DNA of 64,000 bases from Octopus bimaculoides (Eukaryota), in assembly GCF_001194135.2 (NCBI RefSeq), contig NC_068998.1:33264133-33328132 (forward strand), in the 5' to 3' direction. This document shows, piece after piece, positions 11,330 to 23,830 of this stretch. Each line of letters starts with the position of its first letter. The stretch's first letter is position 1. Under the pieces are notes generated by a model. That model made no database searches. It worked only from the letters and a program-made list of their open reading frames with translations, and had not been told where the DNA came from. The translations under genes were made by a program, and so were the position numbers.

Positions 11330-12050
11330 GGAGAATTTCATGCAGTGCTCAACTCACTATGGGTCTTCCCATTCTGGGGAGATAGATGTCACTGCAATTT
11401 CACCTTGAACTTCTTAAACCTGATGTGTGTAGTGGAAGATGAACCTTGGAAGAATTCTGTAGGGTGATATAATTGTTGTAAGAAAAACAAAGCAAAGTGC
11501 ATGGTTTCAGGGATGATGTGTAATACCACATGGGCTTGAACAGATGAGATGTGTCTGTGGCTAGTTCATAAGAGCAGAACCCACTGATGAAACCACAGCT
11601 CATACATAGTTTGAATAAGCAGAAGCAATTTTTCAGAAAAGCCATTGTTCAATCAGTGTAAGAAGAAGAACAACAGCCATGATTTTTGAAGGCTAGTACT
11701 ATTGATGTGGTATTCCGTTTGAATATTAACGGATCTTTTTGCCGGTCTGAAACTATTCTAACAAGAATGGAATTTTAGGAGGTTATCACTGTTGAGATGA
11801 ATGCTGTACAACTTGTTTAGTGTGTGAACCTATGCTGCAATACATTAGGGGGACAACATAAATAGTGGTAAAACTTTTAAGTAGACTTGAGTAGAATGAA
11901 GCTCAGCCTGCTTGTCCAAGGAAGAAGAAAGTGTTGTAGTTGTAACTGAAAATGCAGAGAGAAGAATTGGTGAATCTGTAGCAAGTAGTTGTGGTTCAGG
12001 GAATAAATTTTTGAGAATTAGCCAAATGATGAAAGGTACCATTTAACTTT
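11330..12050 (-). mobile_element. Highly degraded Gypsy integrase remnant
   Basis: PQLLATDSPILLSAFSVTTTTLSSSLDKQAELH...KVLP aligns loosely to PWSHLA.DF...LP.S.G.TTIL..VDRFSK..HF...KLP. Downstream RIVSDR and YELATDTS motifs. Confidence 0.4.
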
Positions 12051-12579
12051 CAAGATAGTTTTGACATTGGTGTGTTCTAGTGAAGGCACCATTTAGTTTA
12101 TGAGTTCTACAAGGGGAAAGATTGTATAACAAAATTTAATGACATTAGAAAGTAATGAATAGTTGTCAAATTTACCTTAAAATAAGTAATATTCATATCT
12201 CAGAGTCATGATGAGGTTTTCAAATTCAATTTGGTTTCATTATTAGTTTACACAAACAAGCATGAAAACACTGGCATTATATCAACTAATATTAATTTTA
12301 CACATATTTCCAAGACATGAATTAAAATATAATTGCATATAGCCAGTAGACTTATGGCATAGGTTATCTGTCATGGATGTAATAACTGATTTCTAACATC
12401 ATTAACTACCAGACATAATTCATATCCTGATATGACTGTTTACAATTATAGTCTAACATTTATCATGCAAATATCAACTGCAACTCAAAATTTATCTAGA
12501 TCCAAGTCAAATGATTTGAGAAATATTTCCTTTGCATTTTAAATTGAAATTTGCTTCACTTACATTGCTTCGTAGATAT

Positions 12580-12764
12580 ATCTTATTTTATTTCATTTTA
12601 TCATATTTTGATATTCTTTCACAGTTTTGAGTCATTGGAGAGAAATCCAGTACTTTCCAAACCTGGAATTTATTCTGTCAGTTTCTTTTTACTAAACCAC
12701 TATATTACTAAGTTACAAACCCACAGCAGCTGTCGAGTGTTGGGGTGGGTAAGCATATAGAAAT

Positions 12765-12795
<31 letters not shown>

Positions 12796-12998
12796 TGTAT
12801 ACATGTATACTTGCATGCAAGTATGTATTTGGCAGATTTCCAGACATTTTACATCCACAAAATTCACTCAAAACTAATCGGTCAGTCCAGAGCTATAGTA
12901 GAAGACACACACCCAAGGTGGCATGCAGTACAACTGAACCTGAAACAGCGTGGTTGTGAAATAAATATCATAACCACCAAGCCCAGCCATGCCTGTAT
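12580..12998 (-). mobile_element. Composite SINE (tail, CA tract, head), full length but degraded
   Basis: Head segment CAGAGCTATAGTAGAAGACACACACCCAAGGTGGCATGCAGTACAACTGAACC...CAGCCATGCCTG, central (CA)n, and upstream tail as in the other copies. Confidence 0.7.
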
Positions 12999-15929
12999 CT
13001 ATATGCATGTGTGTGTGTGTGTTTTAGGAGTAGGAATGACTGAATGTTTAAGAAGATTCTTTCCAAACTATGCTATGCAGCACACTGTGCAAGTTTCTGC
13101 ACTCATGTGTAAAGTTGTGATGTTCAAGTAGTTGTCATTGGCACTCTTCTGCTCACTGTTTGCTTTGAAATCTGTGGAATAAGAGATCTCTTACTGGGGT
13201 AAAAAAGAGTAAGTGTTAGCATCAGGATGGACATTCTGTAGTAAAAATTACTCAGTAAGGTAATCATGTGCCCTCAGTTTCCATGGAAAGTGAATGTTAA
13301 ATGACTGAAGGAAAAAAAGTTTATATATATATATGTATATGTGAGTGTGTGTGTGTGTGTATAGACACACACACATTATGGTTACCACTTGCCAGTAAAT
13401 AGGTTTGGTAGTATGTACCATACTTTTAATACTTTTAGTTGGACAAATACAGGACTTAAATATTTACAGTGGATATGCAAGTATGATATTTTCTCATCAG
13501 TAGACCATATATTTCCAACTAATATAACTGGGATAGGAATATACTAGCTGACTGTATCAAAATTTTATATAGAATTTAGCAAAAGATAAGGAAAATGACT
13601 ATGAAATCTTATTTGAAAACAAAATTCCAACCTGAATTGTACACACTGATAAACCCACATGTAAAATATTACCTAAAATTTACCAAAACTTACTGTCATA
13701 TAGTATTAAACTGAATGTTAATAATTTTACCAGTAATAAAAATGAAATAAGCAGAACAAAAGGAGACTCATGGGATAGAGAGTTGTTGAAGAGGTTGCAG
13801 AAAGAGGTTACAGAAAGGTGTGACATCAGAACTTTGATAGTAAAAATAAAATAATAATAAAATTAAAATGAAGACTAATATAATGTGTTTAATTGGCAAA
13901 ATATGACCATCCTCAAGTATAACAATAAATAAATAAATATATGCACACACACACACACACACATATGCTTCATATCTTAAAGTAGTAATTTCATTGTTTG
14001 GTTCTTTATCGAAGCAGCATGATGGAGTTGTTATAGGAGTCATTATTGTGGTTTTTTTCTTTGTTGCCACAACTGCTGAAGTCTAATGTTAGTCAGTCAT
14101 ATTCATATACCCCTCTAATCCATAAGTATCTAATAAAATGATAAGATTGAACAACAGGTCTTCAAAGTCGAATTGCATATAACAAATCGCTGGAGTAAAT
14201 TATTTTTCACTTGCTACCTTTCTTACAACTAATCACTAAACTATTACATAGGAATAAAACTTATTTCTAAATCAGGCATAATTTTTTTTTTTTTTTTTGA
14301 AGGTGAACAAATGATCTTATGATCTCATAACAATGTAGCTAGTATTTCTATCTCTTTAACCTCATAACGGGCAGCATATATGCTGTAGTATATTTATTTC
14401 TGTGCTGTAGATTGCTTCAAGATACAGTCCACAGTAACTATTAATGATATATAATGTTTGAATTATTTCACATAACTATTTAGTGTAAATCTTATTCTCT
14501 CACTGCAACTCTTTCCTCTTTTTCTCTTCACATTTTCTATAATTCTTTCGTTCAAAGAAATTGTCGGAAAATGATTGACGAATTGTTACATAGCTTGACC
14601 TAATGGTTAATGTCCCACCCACTCCCAAACTATATATCATAAGCCATTCAACTTTGCTACATTGATGCATTTATAAACACCATAAAATTGCATTCCTTAC
14701 ATTTCATTTTTTTTCTGTCCAGCTTGAACAAATCTGTAATTTCCTATAAACTTTATCATAAACTTTCTTACAAATTTATTACACTAAGTTGCACATCTAA
14801 GTTTTCATCTTCCATATTGTATGAGTTTCTAATATAATCTTTCTTTCTTTCTTTCTTTCTTTTTGTTTCTCTCTCTCTCTCTCTCTCTCTCATTACACAC
14901 CTCTTTCCCTCTGCCATATTTCAATTTGGTCAATAATAGTGATTTTCCACTTTCCTTCTGCTATATAACTACGTTTCTGCTTATCTCAATCTTAGCTACT
15001 ATCAATCACTATTTAATATTAGATTAACATCAGGTTTTCTTATTTTCACTTCATTTCAAACCATTACATAAAAGTTTGAATTAGCAATGGAATGTCTACT
15101 AGGAACTTGACATGGTCACTGTGCAAAAATATCTCCTGAAATAAATTTCTTATTGAATTTTAGATGGAGGCCACTTATATGTCCTAAATATTACTACAAC
15201 AAACCCTAAAATAAATATTACACAGCTGCAAATGGCATTGAAGCTCTTCATGTTATCAGTTGCCTCCACAACCTTAATTTACTGGAGTGACTTGACCTTG
15301 ATTTTCTCAGTAACAACAGTTTTAGCATTGTCTGAAACAGAGAATACTATGAATCTTTATTGACAAAATATCTGACACATTCTCCATAGTTTTCCAACTC
15401 CTCAAGAGATAACAGTTTTGTTTCAGCTACTGCTTTAATTTAAAGTATTTTTTTTTTTTAGAAAGTATTCAGAACATTAGTGGATAAAAGTAAAAATATG
15501 CTACAAACTGTTTAATTTGGTGTGCTATGATTTCTACTAATCCCTTGTCCAGTCATTCATTATGTTGTATTTTCTGGAAGGGTAAACATAGCTCTACCTA
15601 TCTTGGTTTTTCTGATAAATTACTTGTTAGCATTAGAAAAGATATCTAACTGACAGAAGCCAATGCTCATAATATGAAATAATGCAGGAAAATGAATACA
15701 GAGACTCTATTGTATTGACAGCAGAGAAGGGTCACTGTTTGTTTGCATGCCAAAGGAGGGATTGGTCATATACCAAAAACACATAACTGAGCCACCTAAT
15801 GATAAATTAAATGTATGGAATAGGATATACTTTGCTGAGAAGGTCTTAAAAGACCTTAAGATATTCAGAGTTGTTTTCCAGACTTTCTGAAATTATAAAA
15901 AATGATGATAATAATAATGATAGTAATGC

Positions 15930-16085
15930 AAGAAATGAAGGAAAGGGGCAGCAAAGAAATAAATGCACTCATCATGGAGTGCTACTATAGGAGCCCAACC
16001 ATAAATAAAAATGGAGTACCAATAAGAGAATATAGAAAAAGGTTGTACCAAGAATGGCAACAATAGGAAATATTTGAACTGTTAA
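15930..16085 (+). mobile_element. N-terminal fragment of an R4/Dong-like LINE ORF
   Basis: ERGSKEINALIMECYYRSPTINKNGVPIREYRKRLYQEWQQ resembles the N-terminal W.KE.N..VMECY..S.P......GYR.RM..EW motif of RLE LINEs. Confidence 0.55.
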
Positions 16086-19000
16086 ACATCCTATTTGTTG
16101 TTGTTATTGGTATCCTATTCGATTTTTTGTTATAAGTCTCTTATGACATGCAACAGATGTAATAATCACTATTGCATTATATGTTAAACTTTATGTATAC
16201 ATATTTGACAATTACTTATTGATTGCTGTATACGATTTTCTGTTCATAACTCTAATGTCATAAAATTGTAAATAGGATTGATAATGCTTCTATTGTTAAT
16301 CAAAGCTTTAAAGTCATGTATAAATCAGCAACAAATAAAGGCACTTCAAATCAACCATCTCTAGCTAATTTGGCTCTTCTGCCATATGTACAGAATGATC
16401 CACAAGAATATTCACATACTTAGCCACAATATTGCTCACACACACATACTGACACAATATGCATATGCATATCAATACACAGGAATACTCACACCATATG
16501 CATACACAACTACAAATGCATGCATTTACACAAGTACTTATATACCCACAAATAAAAGAGACATACATTCAAAGCATAGAGCATTTACATTTGTATAATT
16601 CCAGAGCTGGCACAATGCACAAAACAGGCTTTCTATTGTAATAGTCTGTTCTTCTCCTGTCTAATTGGTTAGCTAGAGTTTAGTGAACACAGTGCTGTTA
16701 GTCTTGGTAACTTAAATAAGTTATCCAAGAAATGTCATTATAATTGCTGGTTTCATGAAATGGGGACTGAGGAAAATGGTTAGCAAAGCATATTGATGAA
16801 TATACTAATGTGATTTGAGAACATAATCAAACAAATAATGATAATAATAATGAATGTCCCTTTGCAGACACTTGATATGCAAGAAATAGCAGCCAAATCA
16901 GAACCTCTTCTTTAATATAAGAAAAATAGCTTATGCAATAAATTCCTTTGTGTGGTAGATTTAATTCATCACCATGTTTAACACCACCACTTGGCCCTCA
17001 GGTGTTTTAGGAGAATACAATTGGTTATAAACATTCAGGTCATGTCAGCAGACCCAGTCTGATAGTGACCTTATCCTCTCAACAGTCTTGGCAGTTTTAC
17101 AAAAAAGTAATAGCAGCTACCCTTATATGGACTGTTAAGTATAGCTAAGCCACAATGAATAGCACAACTACAAAAATATATACATGTGATTTATTTTGTT
17201 TAGAATTGTTTAGATTTCATCAGTGATTACGGGAAAAGACTGCATTCTTCTGCTGTGTGTGTTAAATTGCATTTGTTGAAAACACTCAATAAATCAATGT
17301 AGATTCTGTTGTTGTCATGTAGTCCCAGATCAGCTGTTCATTAGCAGAACTACAATCAAATATATATGGATCTCTGGTCAAAAGATCCTGTCTTTTCCAG
17401 TCATAATATAATCTAGCTTACATTATAGAATTAGTATTTTTTAAATCGGATGCAGGGACTTCCTTGGTAACTTATTGTCAACTCAGAATAATTCAGCTGT
17501 ACTTTTCTATGTTCTGTTTTTTTTTTCTTTCTTGACTTCTTTTTACTCCAATAGAAATGTTGTAAAAATTTTGTTTTTTGGTTTTTAAGATCAAATGGGT
17601 TTCTCTGAAATTTACTTTTTCACATTCTTGCCTTACTACAATATAAGTGTGTTTATGCATGTGCATTTGTGTTTGCGTGTATATGTTTGTGTACTTGTGT
17701 GTGTGTGCAATTATGTCAGTATACATGTACTTACAGTCAGTATTTATTCTTGTCAGAATGCTTTCATACTGTTTAGTATGATTTTTAAGTTGCCTTACTT
17801 ACAGAAATATCAGAAATTATGAATTGATTTACTAAACTTGAAATATTTTGAAAATAAAATAATATGATTCATATGAAAGAAGTAGGAGTCACCATATACT
17901 GAAATAGTTGTAAATTTAAAGTACTGCATAACGCCATTGCTTCAGACTTCATTACAACAATTTTTCTCTATTCCTTTTAAAAAATCATATCTAATACTAA
18001 TCAGTTCTTAGCATATTACAATAAAGAAAGCAATATATTCCAGTGTTAGGTTCTGATCTACAAAATCAATAAAGCTTTGGATCAGAATAAGGTTATGATG
18101 TATCTATGCAAAAGTCAATTTACCTCAGTCTGTCTGGTTGACAAAAACAAGATCCAATTTCCAATTGCAATTTCACAGTTAAGTTGTTAGAAGCAGGAAG
18201 ATTATTCAGCTGTTAAAACATCAGTTGTAATTAAAGCCTTCCTAAAGAGTAAGGGGCTGTGAATGTAAGCAGTCAAATGAAGTAATAAAGAAAAAAAAAG
18301 CAAGAAATTTTGCAAGAAATTTTTTAATCTCTTTCCCAGCTCTCCAGGAATTTGGAAAATGAAAAACAGGCTCTTTGTCTGCTTATAGAATCTAACTCTC
18401 TTCAAAATAGAAGGCAAAAAAGTTATTTATGATCTAAAAAGAGAAAACTTCATATGAAGTGTAGGATGGTAAGTAGCTAAAAATTGCATGAGCCTTTCTA
18501 GATTTAAATTTACCTTGCTATGTTTTGAGTTTCAAATGCAATCACAGTTAAACTTTACATTTCTTTTGATGATGTCAATAAAACAAGTACTAGCATTATC
18601 AGTGATATTTCTACTACAACAACAACTTCTGTATTTTAGTTGTAGATTCTCAAGGGCTTGTGTGACTAAACTATTTCACTCAGGAAATTATAATTGTAAT
18701 CATTTTACTTTCACCAAAATCTATTCTATATCCTCTGTAAATATCAAGTGTTATTTCTTCCCAAAAGAATTTGTGCACAACAAATTGTCTCTAGGTTAGA
18801 TTTATAGTTAACTCTTCTGTGAACTATTTGTTGAGCCAGTTACTTAAGGGTAAAATCTGTTTGAATTAAGTATTTAGATTTAGTCATTTTAGGGATACAT
18901 TAGGGTGAGAATTTCCGACTGACACATTGTTTGACAAGCAGAGTATACTGCCGAAACATCTTTAGAACAAAACCACAATTTTAAAGGAATGAAATAGTGA

Positions 19001-19269
19001 CTAGAAGCTGAGAGAATAAGAAAAGATAGTAGTTGTAAACAGAAGCTTGAATGCACTCTACCATAGATAAAAGACCAGAGAGTTGTGATTCAATGAATGC
19101 AGTGATTCAACTAATTGTGCTGTTTACAGTATTTTTGATGTGTTATGATAAGATGAGATAACTTTAATATAAACCAGGAAAGTATATGACTAAGAGTAAA
19201 ACTTAGTGACTCTTGAACTCAGGACGGATGATTTCATTATGATGTATTAATTATATATCAGGGTTAGGA

Positions 19270-19532
19270 TTCTTTTATTTGTTTCAGCCGCTTGACTGTG
19301 GCCATGTTGGAGTACTGTCTTGATGCATTTTAGTTGAACAAATCAATCCTAGGTCTTATTTTTTAAGTCTAGTACTCATTCTCTTGGTCTCTTTTGCTAA
19401 GTTACAGGATGTAAACACACCAACACCGGTTATCAAGTGGTGACAGGGTGACAAACACTGATACGAAGACATACACACATAGATATAGACATACATACAT
19501 ACACAAACACACACACACACACACACACACAC
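19270..19532 (-). mobile_element. Tail half and CA tract of a composite SINE
   Basis: TTGTTTCAGCCGCTTGACTGTGGCCATGTTGGAGTACTG...GCTAAGTTACAGGATGTAAACACACCAACACCGGTTATCAAGTGG then (CA)n. Confidence 0.8.
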
Positions 19533-20023
19533 ATTAAACTGATTAAACTGTGTCAGGATGAATATCAATAAGAAAATACAAAGGCAAGTTAAAATTGGTT
19601 GGACTGCAATATTTATTTTTGTCACTAAAGTGAATACATCAACCGACACAACAAATAGAACTCTATCAAAGACTTTACATGGTTTCACAATGTTTCTCGA
19701 AGTTGAAGTTAAATGTTGTAAGAAACAGAAAACATCAAAGATTCCAGTTATAAACCTCTCCTTGCTGAAACGGAAAATTGGTAAAAACTGATCTCATATC
19801 AAAAATCAAAGCTTGCTCATAACTCATCTCCCTCTCAGATTAGTGAGAAAATCGTCCCTTAAATAGCTGATGTAGAGATGTTGGGCTACGCTGTCACATT
19901 AAGTGGTAGACAGTCCAAGTAAAGCTAAATGGACTGGACCATCATGTGACGAGCCAAAATGGGTATCTGAAAGTCAAGAGGCAAAATGTGAGCAGCTAAA
20001 GGTAAAGAGCGAACATGCTTCTG

Positions 20024-20025
<2 letters not shown>
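19533..20025 (+). mobile_element. Degraded RTE-like LINE fragment inserted in the SINE CA tract
   Basis: NKKIQRQVKIGWTAIF resembles EI.RRI.IGW.AF, and KAKWTGP resembles K.KWAGH. (CA)n on both sides. Confidence 0.4.

Positions 20026-20063
<38 letters not shown>
19674..20063 (+). repeat. Left arm (segment A) of a 390-bp inverted repeat
   Basis: Reverse complement of 20415-20806. No mismatch found except one CA unit (17 vs 18). Confidence 0.95.
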
Positions 20064-20099
20064 ATACACACACATGTACACACACACATACGCACACAC

Positions 20100-20181
20100 A
20101 TATGACAGGCATCTTTCAGTTTCTGTCTACCAAATCCACTCACAAAGCTTTGGCTGGCCTGAAGCTATAGCAGAAAACATC
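20100..20181 (-). mobile_element. Truncated head part of the composite SINE
   Basis: ATATGACAGGCATCTTTCAGTTTCTGTCTACCAAATCCACTCACAAAGCTTTGG...GCTATAGCAGAAAACA, breaking off at 20181. Confidence 0.8.
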
Positions 20182-20414
20182 TTCTCAAGTGCTGGATCTC
20201 TTCCACTGACACTGCCTAAGTTCAACCCTGAGCATCTTATACCAGGACAGTGTGACAAAGAGGTAATGAGAAAAGTTGTCATGGAAAATTTTCAGGATAT
20301 GTGACTAAGTAGTGGAATGCTTCCATTGTGATAGAGTGGACACTTGAAGGAGGGAAAAGACTGAGTGGAAAACCAAGGAAGACGTAGTGTGGCACAAGTG
20401 GAAGTAAGTGGAGA

Positions 20415-20417
<3 letters not shown>
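20182..20417 (-). repeat. Exact inverted copy of 22795-23030 (segment B)
   Basis: 236 bp, identical by hand comparison to the reverse complement of part of the RTE remnant at 22795-23030. Confidence 0.95.
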
Positions 20418-20456
<39 letters not shown>

Positions 20457-20806
20457 CAGAAGCATGTTCGCTCTTTACCTTTAGCTGCTCACATTTTGCC
20501 TCTTGACTTTCAGATACCCATTTTGGCTCGTCACATGATGGTCCAGTCCATTTAGCTTTACTTGGACTGTCTACCACTTAATGTGACAGCGTAGCCCAAC
20601 ATCTCTACATCAGCTATTTAAGGGACGATTTTCTCACTAATCTGAGAGGGAGATGAGTTATGAGCAAGCTTTGATTTTTGATATGAGATCAGTTTTTACC
20701 AATTTTCCGTTTCAGCAAGGAGAGGTTTATAACTGGAATCTTTGATGTTTTCTGTTTCTTACAACATTTAACTTCAACTTCGAGAAACATTGTGAAACCA
20801 TGTAAA
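20415..20806 (-). repeat. Right arm (inverted segment A)
   Basis: Reverse complement of 19674-20063. ORFs 19903+ and 20305..20577- share the same N-terminal peptide. Confidence 0.95.
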
Positions 20807-20899
20807 CATTATAAATGACACAAGATTCAGATCAATCTTGTGTCATCTAAAGTAAAACTTAAAAAAATACTGTTATTAACTCATACAACCAATGTTATA

Positions 20900-21628
20900 T
20901 TTGTTGTTATTCTTTTAGCATTTAAAATATTTCTCAGGTTTCTGCATGGCAGAAGCTTTTTATTGGAAACAGACCATAGATCTTTGCTGTCAATTTCTGG
21001 GTCTAAAAAATGGCTACCAACTCATTCTTAAAGCCATCTGCAATATTGGGGTATAATATTACTAAATTATAATTTCAAAATGCAATACATTCCATGGAAA
21101 AAATCGGTCATGCGGACTGTCTTTTGAGATTAATTCCAAAAAATATGGAACCACTTGAAGAGACTGTTGTAGATGCACTGCAGGCAGAAAGTGAAATTAA
21201 AAGTGTTATGACGAACATTATCCAAGAACTACCAGTGACTGCACAGGGTATAATAATGAAAGCTGCAGGTGACGAGTATATTATGAAAATACAAGAAGCT
21301 TTAAAAAATAAACAGGAAAAAATTCAGATGCCAGTAGTTTTTCAATCTGCGATGATATTCTGATGTATGCCCAAAGAATGGTGGTTCCAACTACATTACA
21401 AAAAGGTGTATTGCAACAATTTCACAGAGGACATCTATCAGAATGGCAAGGATGAAGGCTCTGAAGCGGAGTTATGCCTATTAGCCATCTATGGATGGAG
21501 ATATCAAAAACTTGGTGAGAATGTACTGAGGTTGCGCCTACGCAGCCAAAACCTCACCGGTAAAATACCAATCATGAGCAGGAATGGAGAACCCATGGTC
21601 TAGGTTACACATTGACTATGCTGGACCG
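20900..21628 (+). mobile_element. Gypsy pol remnant: RNase H, integrase zinc-binding region and start of the integrase core
   Basis: FLHGRSFLLETDHRSLLSISGSKKWLPTH...WGIILLNYNFKMQY...KIGHADCLLRLIPK...PLEETVV; FSICDDILMYAQRMVVP; PWSRLHIDYAGP. Confidence 0.88.
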
Positions 21629-22699
21629 ATAAGACAACACTCGTCTATGGCAGGAAGCATTCTCTGTTGATCTGATATCTATTTGTAAAAACTGAGTAGG
21701 TGAGTTGAGGCATTATAGAACAGATCATTCTATAAACACAATGAAGTATCTGTAGGGAATTTGAACTCATTTCCTATGAGCAGGCAATTTAATATCTTAA
21801 CAAATCAGCCATTATATCTTAATTGTAAAAATAACAATTATTGGAGCAAAATATCATCCCACCTACTGCAGGCATTGAAAGAGATTATAAAACAGTAAAA
21901 CAGCAACAACAACAAAAACAACGTATTTTATATTAATTTCTAGTTGATGCAGTTTCCAGTGATATCATCAGGTTTTGGAGCAATTGCTCATTGTTGTGTT
22001 GAATATTTCTCTGAAAGTCAATGCCAGTTAATCATCTTCTATCCCCCTAATATTTGCCATAGAATTAGAAGAGTAATTATCAGAGTAATTATCAACTAGC
22101 TCCATTCTCAGTCACATACTGTGTTTCCTTCTCTTATCATTTGATTTAATTAAATTTCTTGATGGGATCACTGTAAACTGTTTCAATTAGAAATGATATT
22201 TTTTCACATTAATACTGCTCCACACATTACTGTTCATCTAATAAAATTTTTAATAAATTTCTTTCTCTTTTGTTTTCTATGACCAGTCACATTAAGACAA
22301 ATAGATTTCCAGAACAGCAGTAACAATAACTCCATCAACAGCTTGAGCAGCACAATGAGATATAGTAACAACAACCATAGCAACAAGAACAAGAGCAATA
22401 TGGTTTCTAACATTTGTATAAGACAGCAAATTTCCAAGGAAATTGGTTATTAATTTAATTGCCCCTACTCCTTGATACATATATATTTTATCAACCCAAG
22501 AATAATGAAAGACTAAGTCAGCCTAGCAGGATTTGATCTAAGAAAACAGTAAAATTAAACATTGCAGAGTATTTGTCCACTCTCAGCAAATCCTCTCATC
22601 CAGTACTACTGATTCTATCATCCTACATACTTCTTCTCTGCATTCTAATCTTGATAAAGTTGATTTTGTTTTTTTCATCTGGTGGGTAGGTTGGTGAAA

Positions 22700-23830
22700 T
22701 AAATTAGTCCTGTCATTGATCCCTTTCAACTCTTAGATCTTCTAGTGCTGTCAGCACAATGGTCAATTAACCTTCTCCAAACATCCCAATTGCTTGCTCT
22801 CCACTTACTTCCACTTGTGCCACACTACGTCTTCCTTGGTTTTCCACTCAGTCTTTTCCCTCCTTCAAGTGTCCACTCTATCACAATGGAAGCATTCCAC
22901 TACTTAGTCACATATCCTGAAAATTTTCCATGACAACTTTTCTCATTACCTCTTTGTCACACTGTCCTGGTATAAGATGCTCAGGGTTGAACTTAGGCAG
23001 TGTCAGTGGAAGAGATCCAGCACTTGAGAAACTTTCACTATCTTCTTCCAAGTTTCACAGATGTAGATGCCTGTTGGTATAACAATAGATGAGAGTAGCT
23101 GCAGCTTTATCTTCTCACTGATGGTCTTCAAATTCCATATTGGATGAAGGTGTTGGAATACTGACGTTGTTTTACCTATCCTGGTCTTGGCTTTAGCCTC
23201 TGCATCACCCTCACTGAATGTACAGCTTCTGAGATATGTAAACTTATCTGTGTACTTGATTTTGTCTTGTCCAAGATTGACAAGTTGTGCTTGGGTTGCA
23301 CCAGTTAATATGGCTTTGGTCTTTTTAGTGCTAATTCACACACCTGTTTTACCACCAACTTGTGTGGGCATTCTGTCAAGGTCAACAGTGTACTTAATAA
23401 TTCCAAGTCATCTGCGAAATCCAAATCCTTCTGTTTGCCCAGTCTCCACTGTATTCTAAAACTAGTACTATTATCACTTTCCATATGATGAAACAAATCC
23501 CTGTTAGGACAGAAGTAGTAACAAGATGCAACCCTGTCTCATTCCAGTAACAATTTCAAACATCTCAGTGTTTCCACTACTCATATTCATGCAATACAGT
23601 GAGTTCCTGTACAGAGACTTGAATATGTTGATAAATCTGCTCAGGACTCTTTAGATTCTCAAAATATTATGGAGTGTATCTCATTGAACAATGTTAAAAG
23701 CTTTCACTGACTTTAGTCAGTGAAATTGATAGGTAGGTATGCTTTTTGTTCTCTGCTTTGCTTGATTATATTCTACAACATGAAAATTTGTTCTGCACAG
23801 TCAACTATAAACCCACCAAAATCTGTGACC
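22700..23830 (-). mobile_element. Degraded RTE-clade LINE, second family (RT to C-terminus)
   Basis: CAEQIFML.NIIKQSRE...INFTD...KAFNIV; GMRQGC; IQWRLGKQKDLDFADDLELLS; DKFTYLRS...RIGK; RGKPRK. Confidence 0.85.

Noticed and set aside
14550-15500. Possible very old RTE RT remnant on the minus strand
   Set aside because: Only one or two weak motif echoes (EV..A...MK), not enough to support a call.
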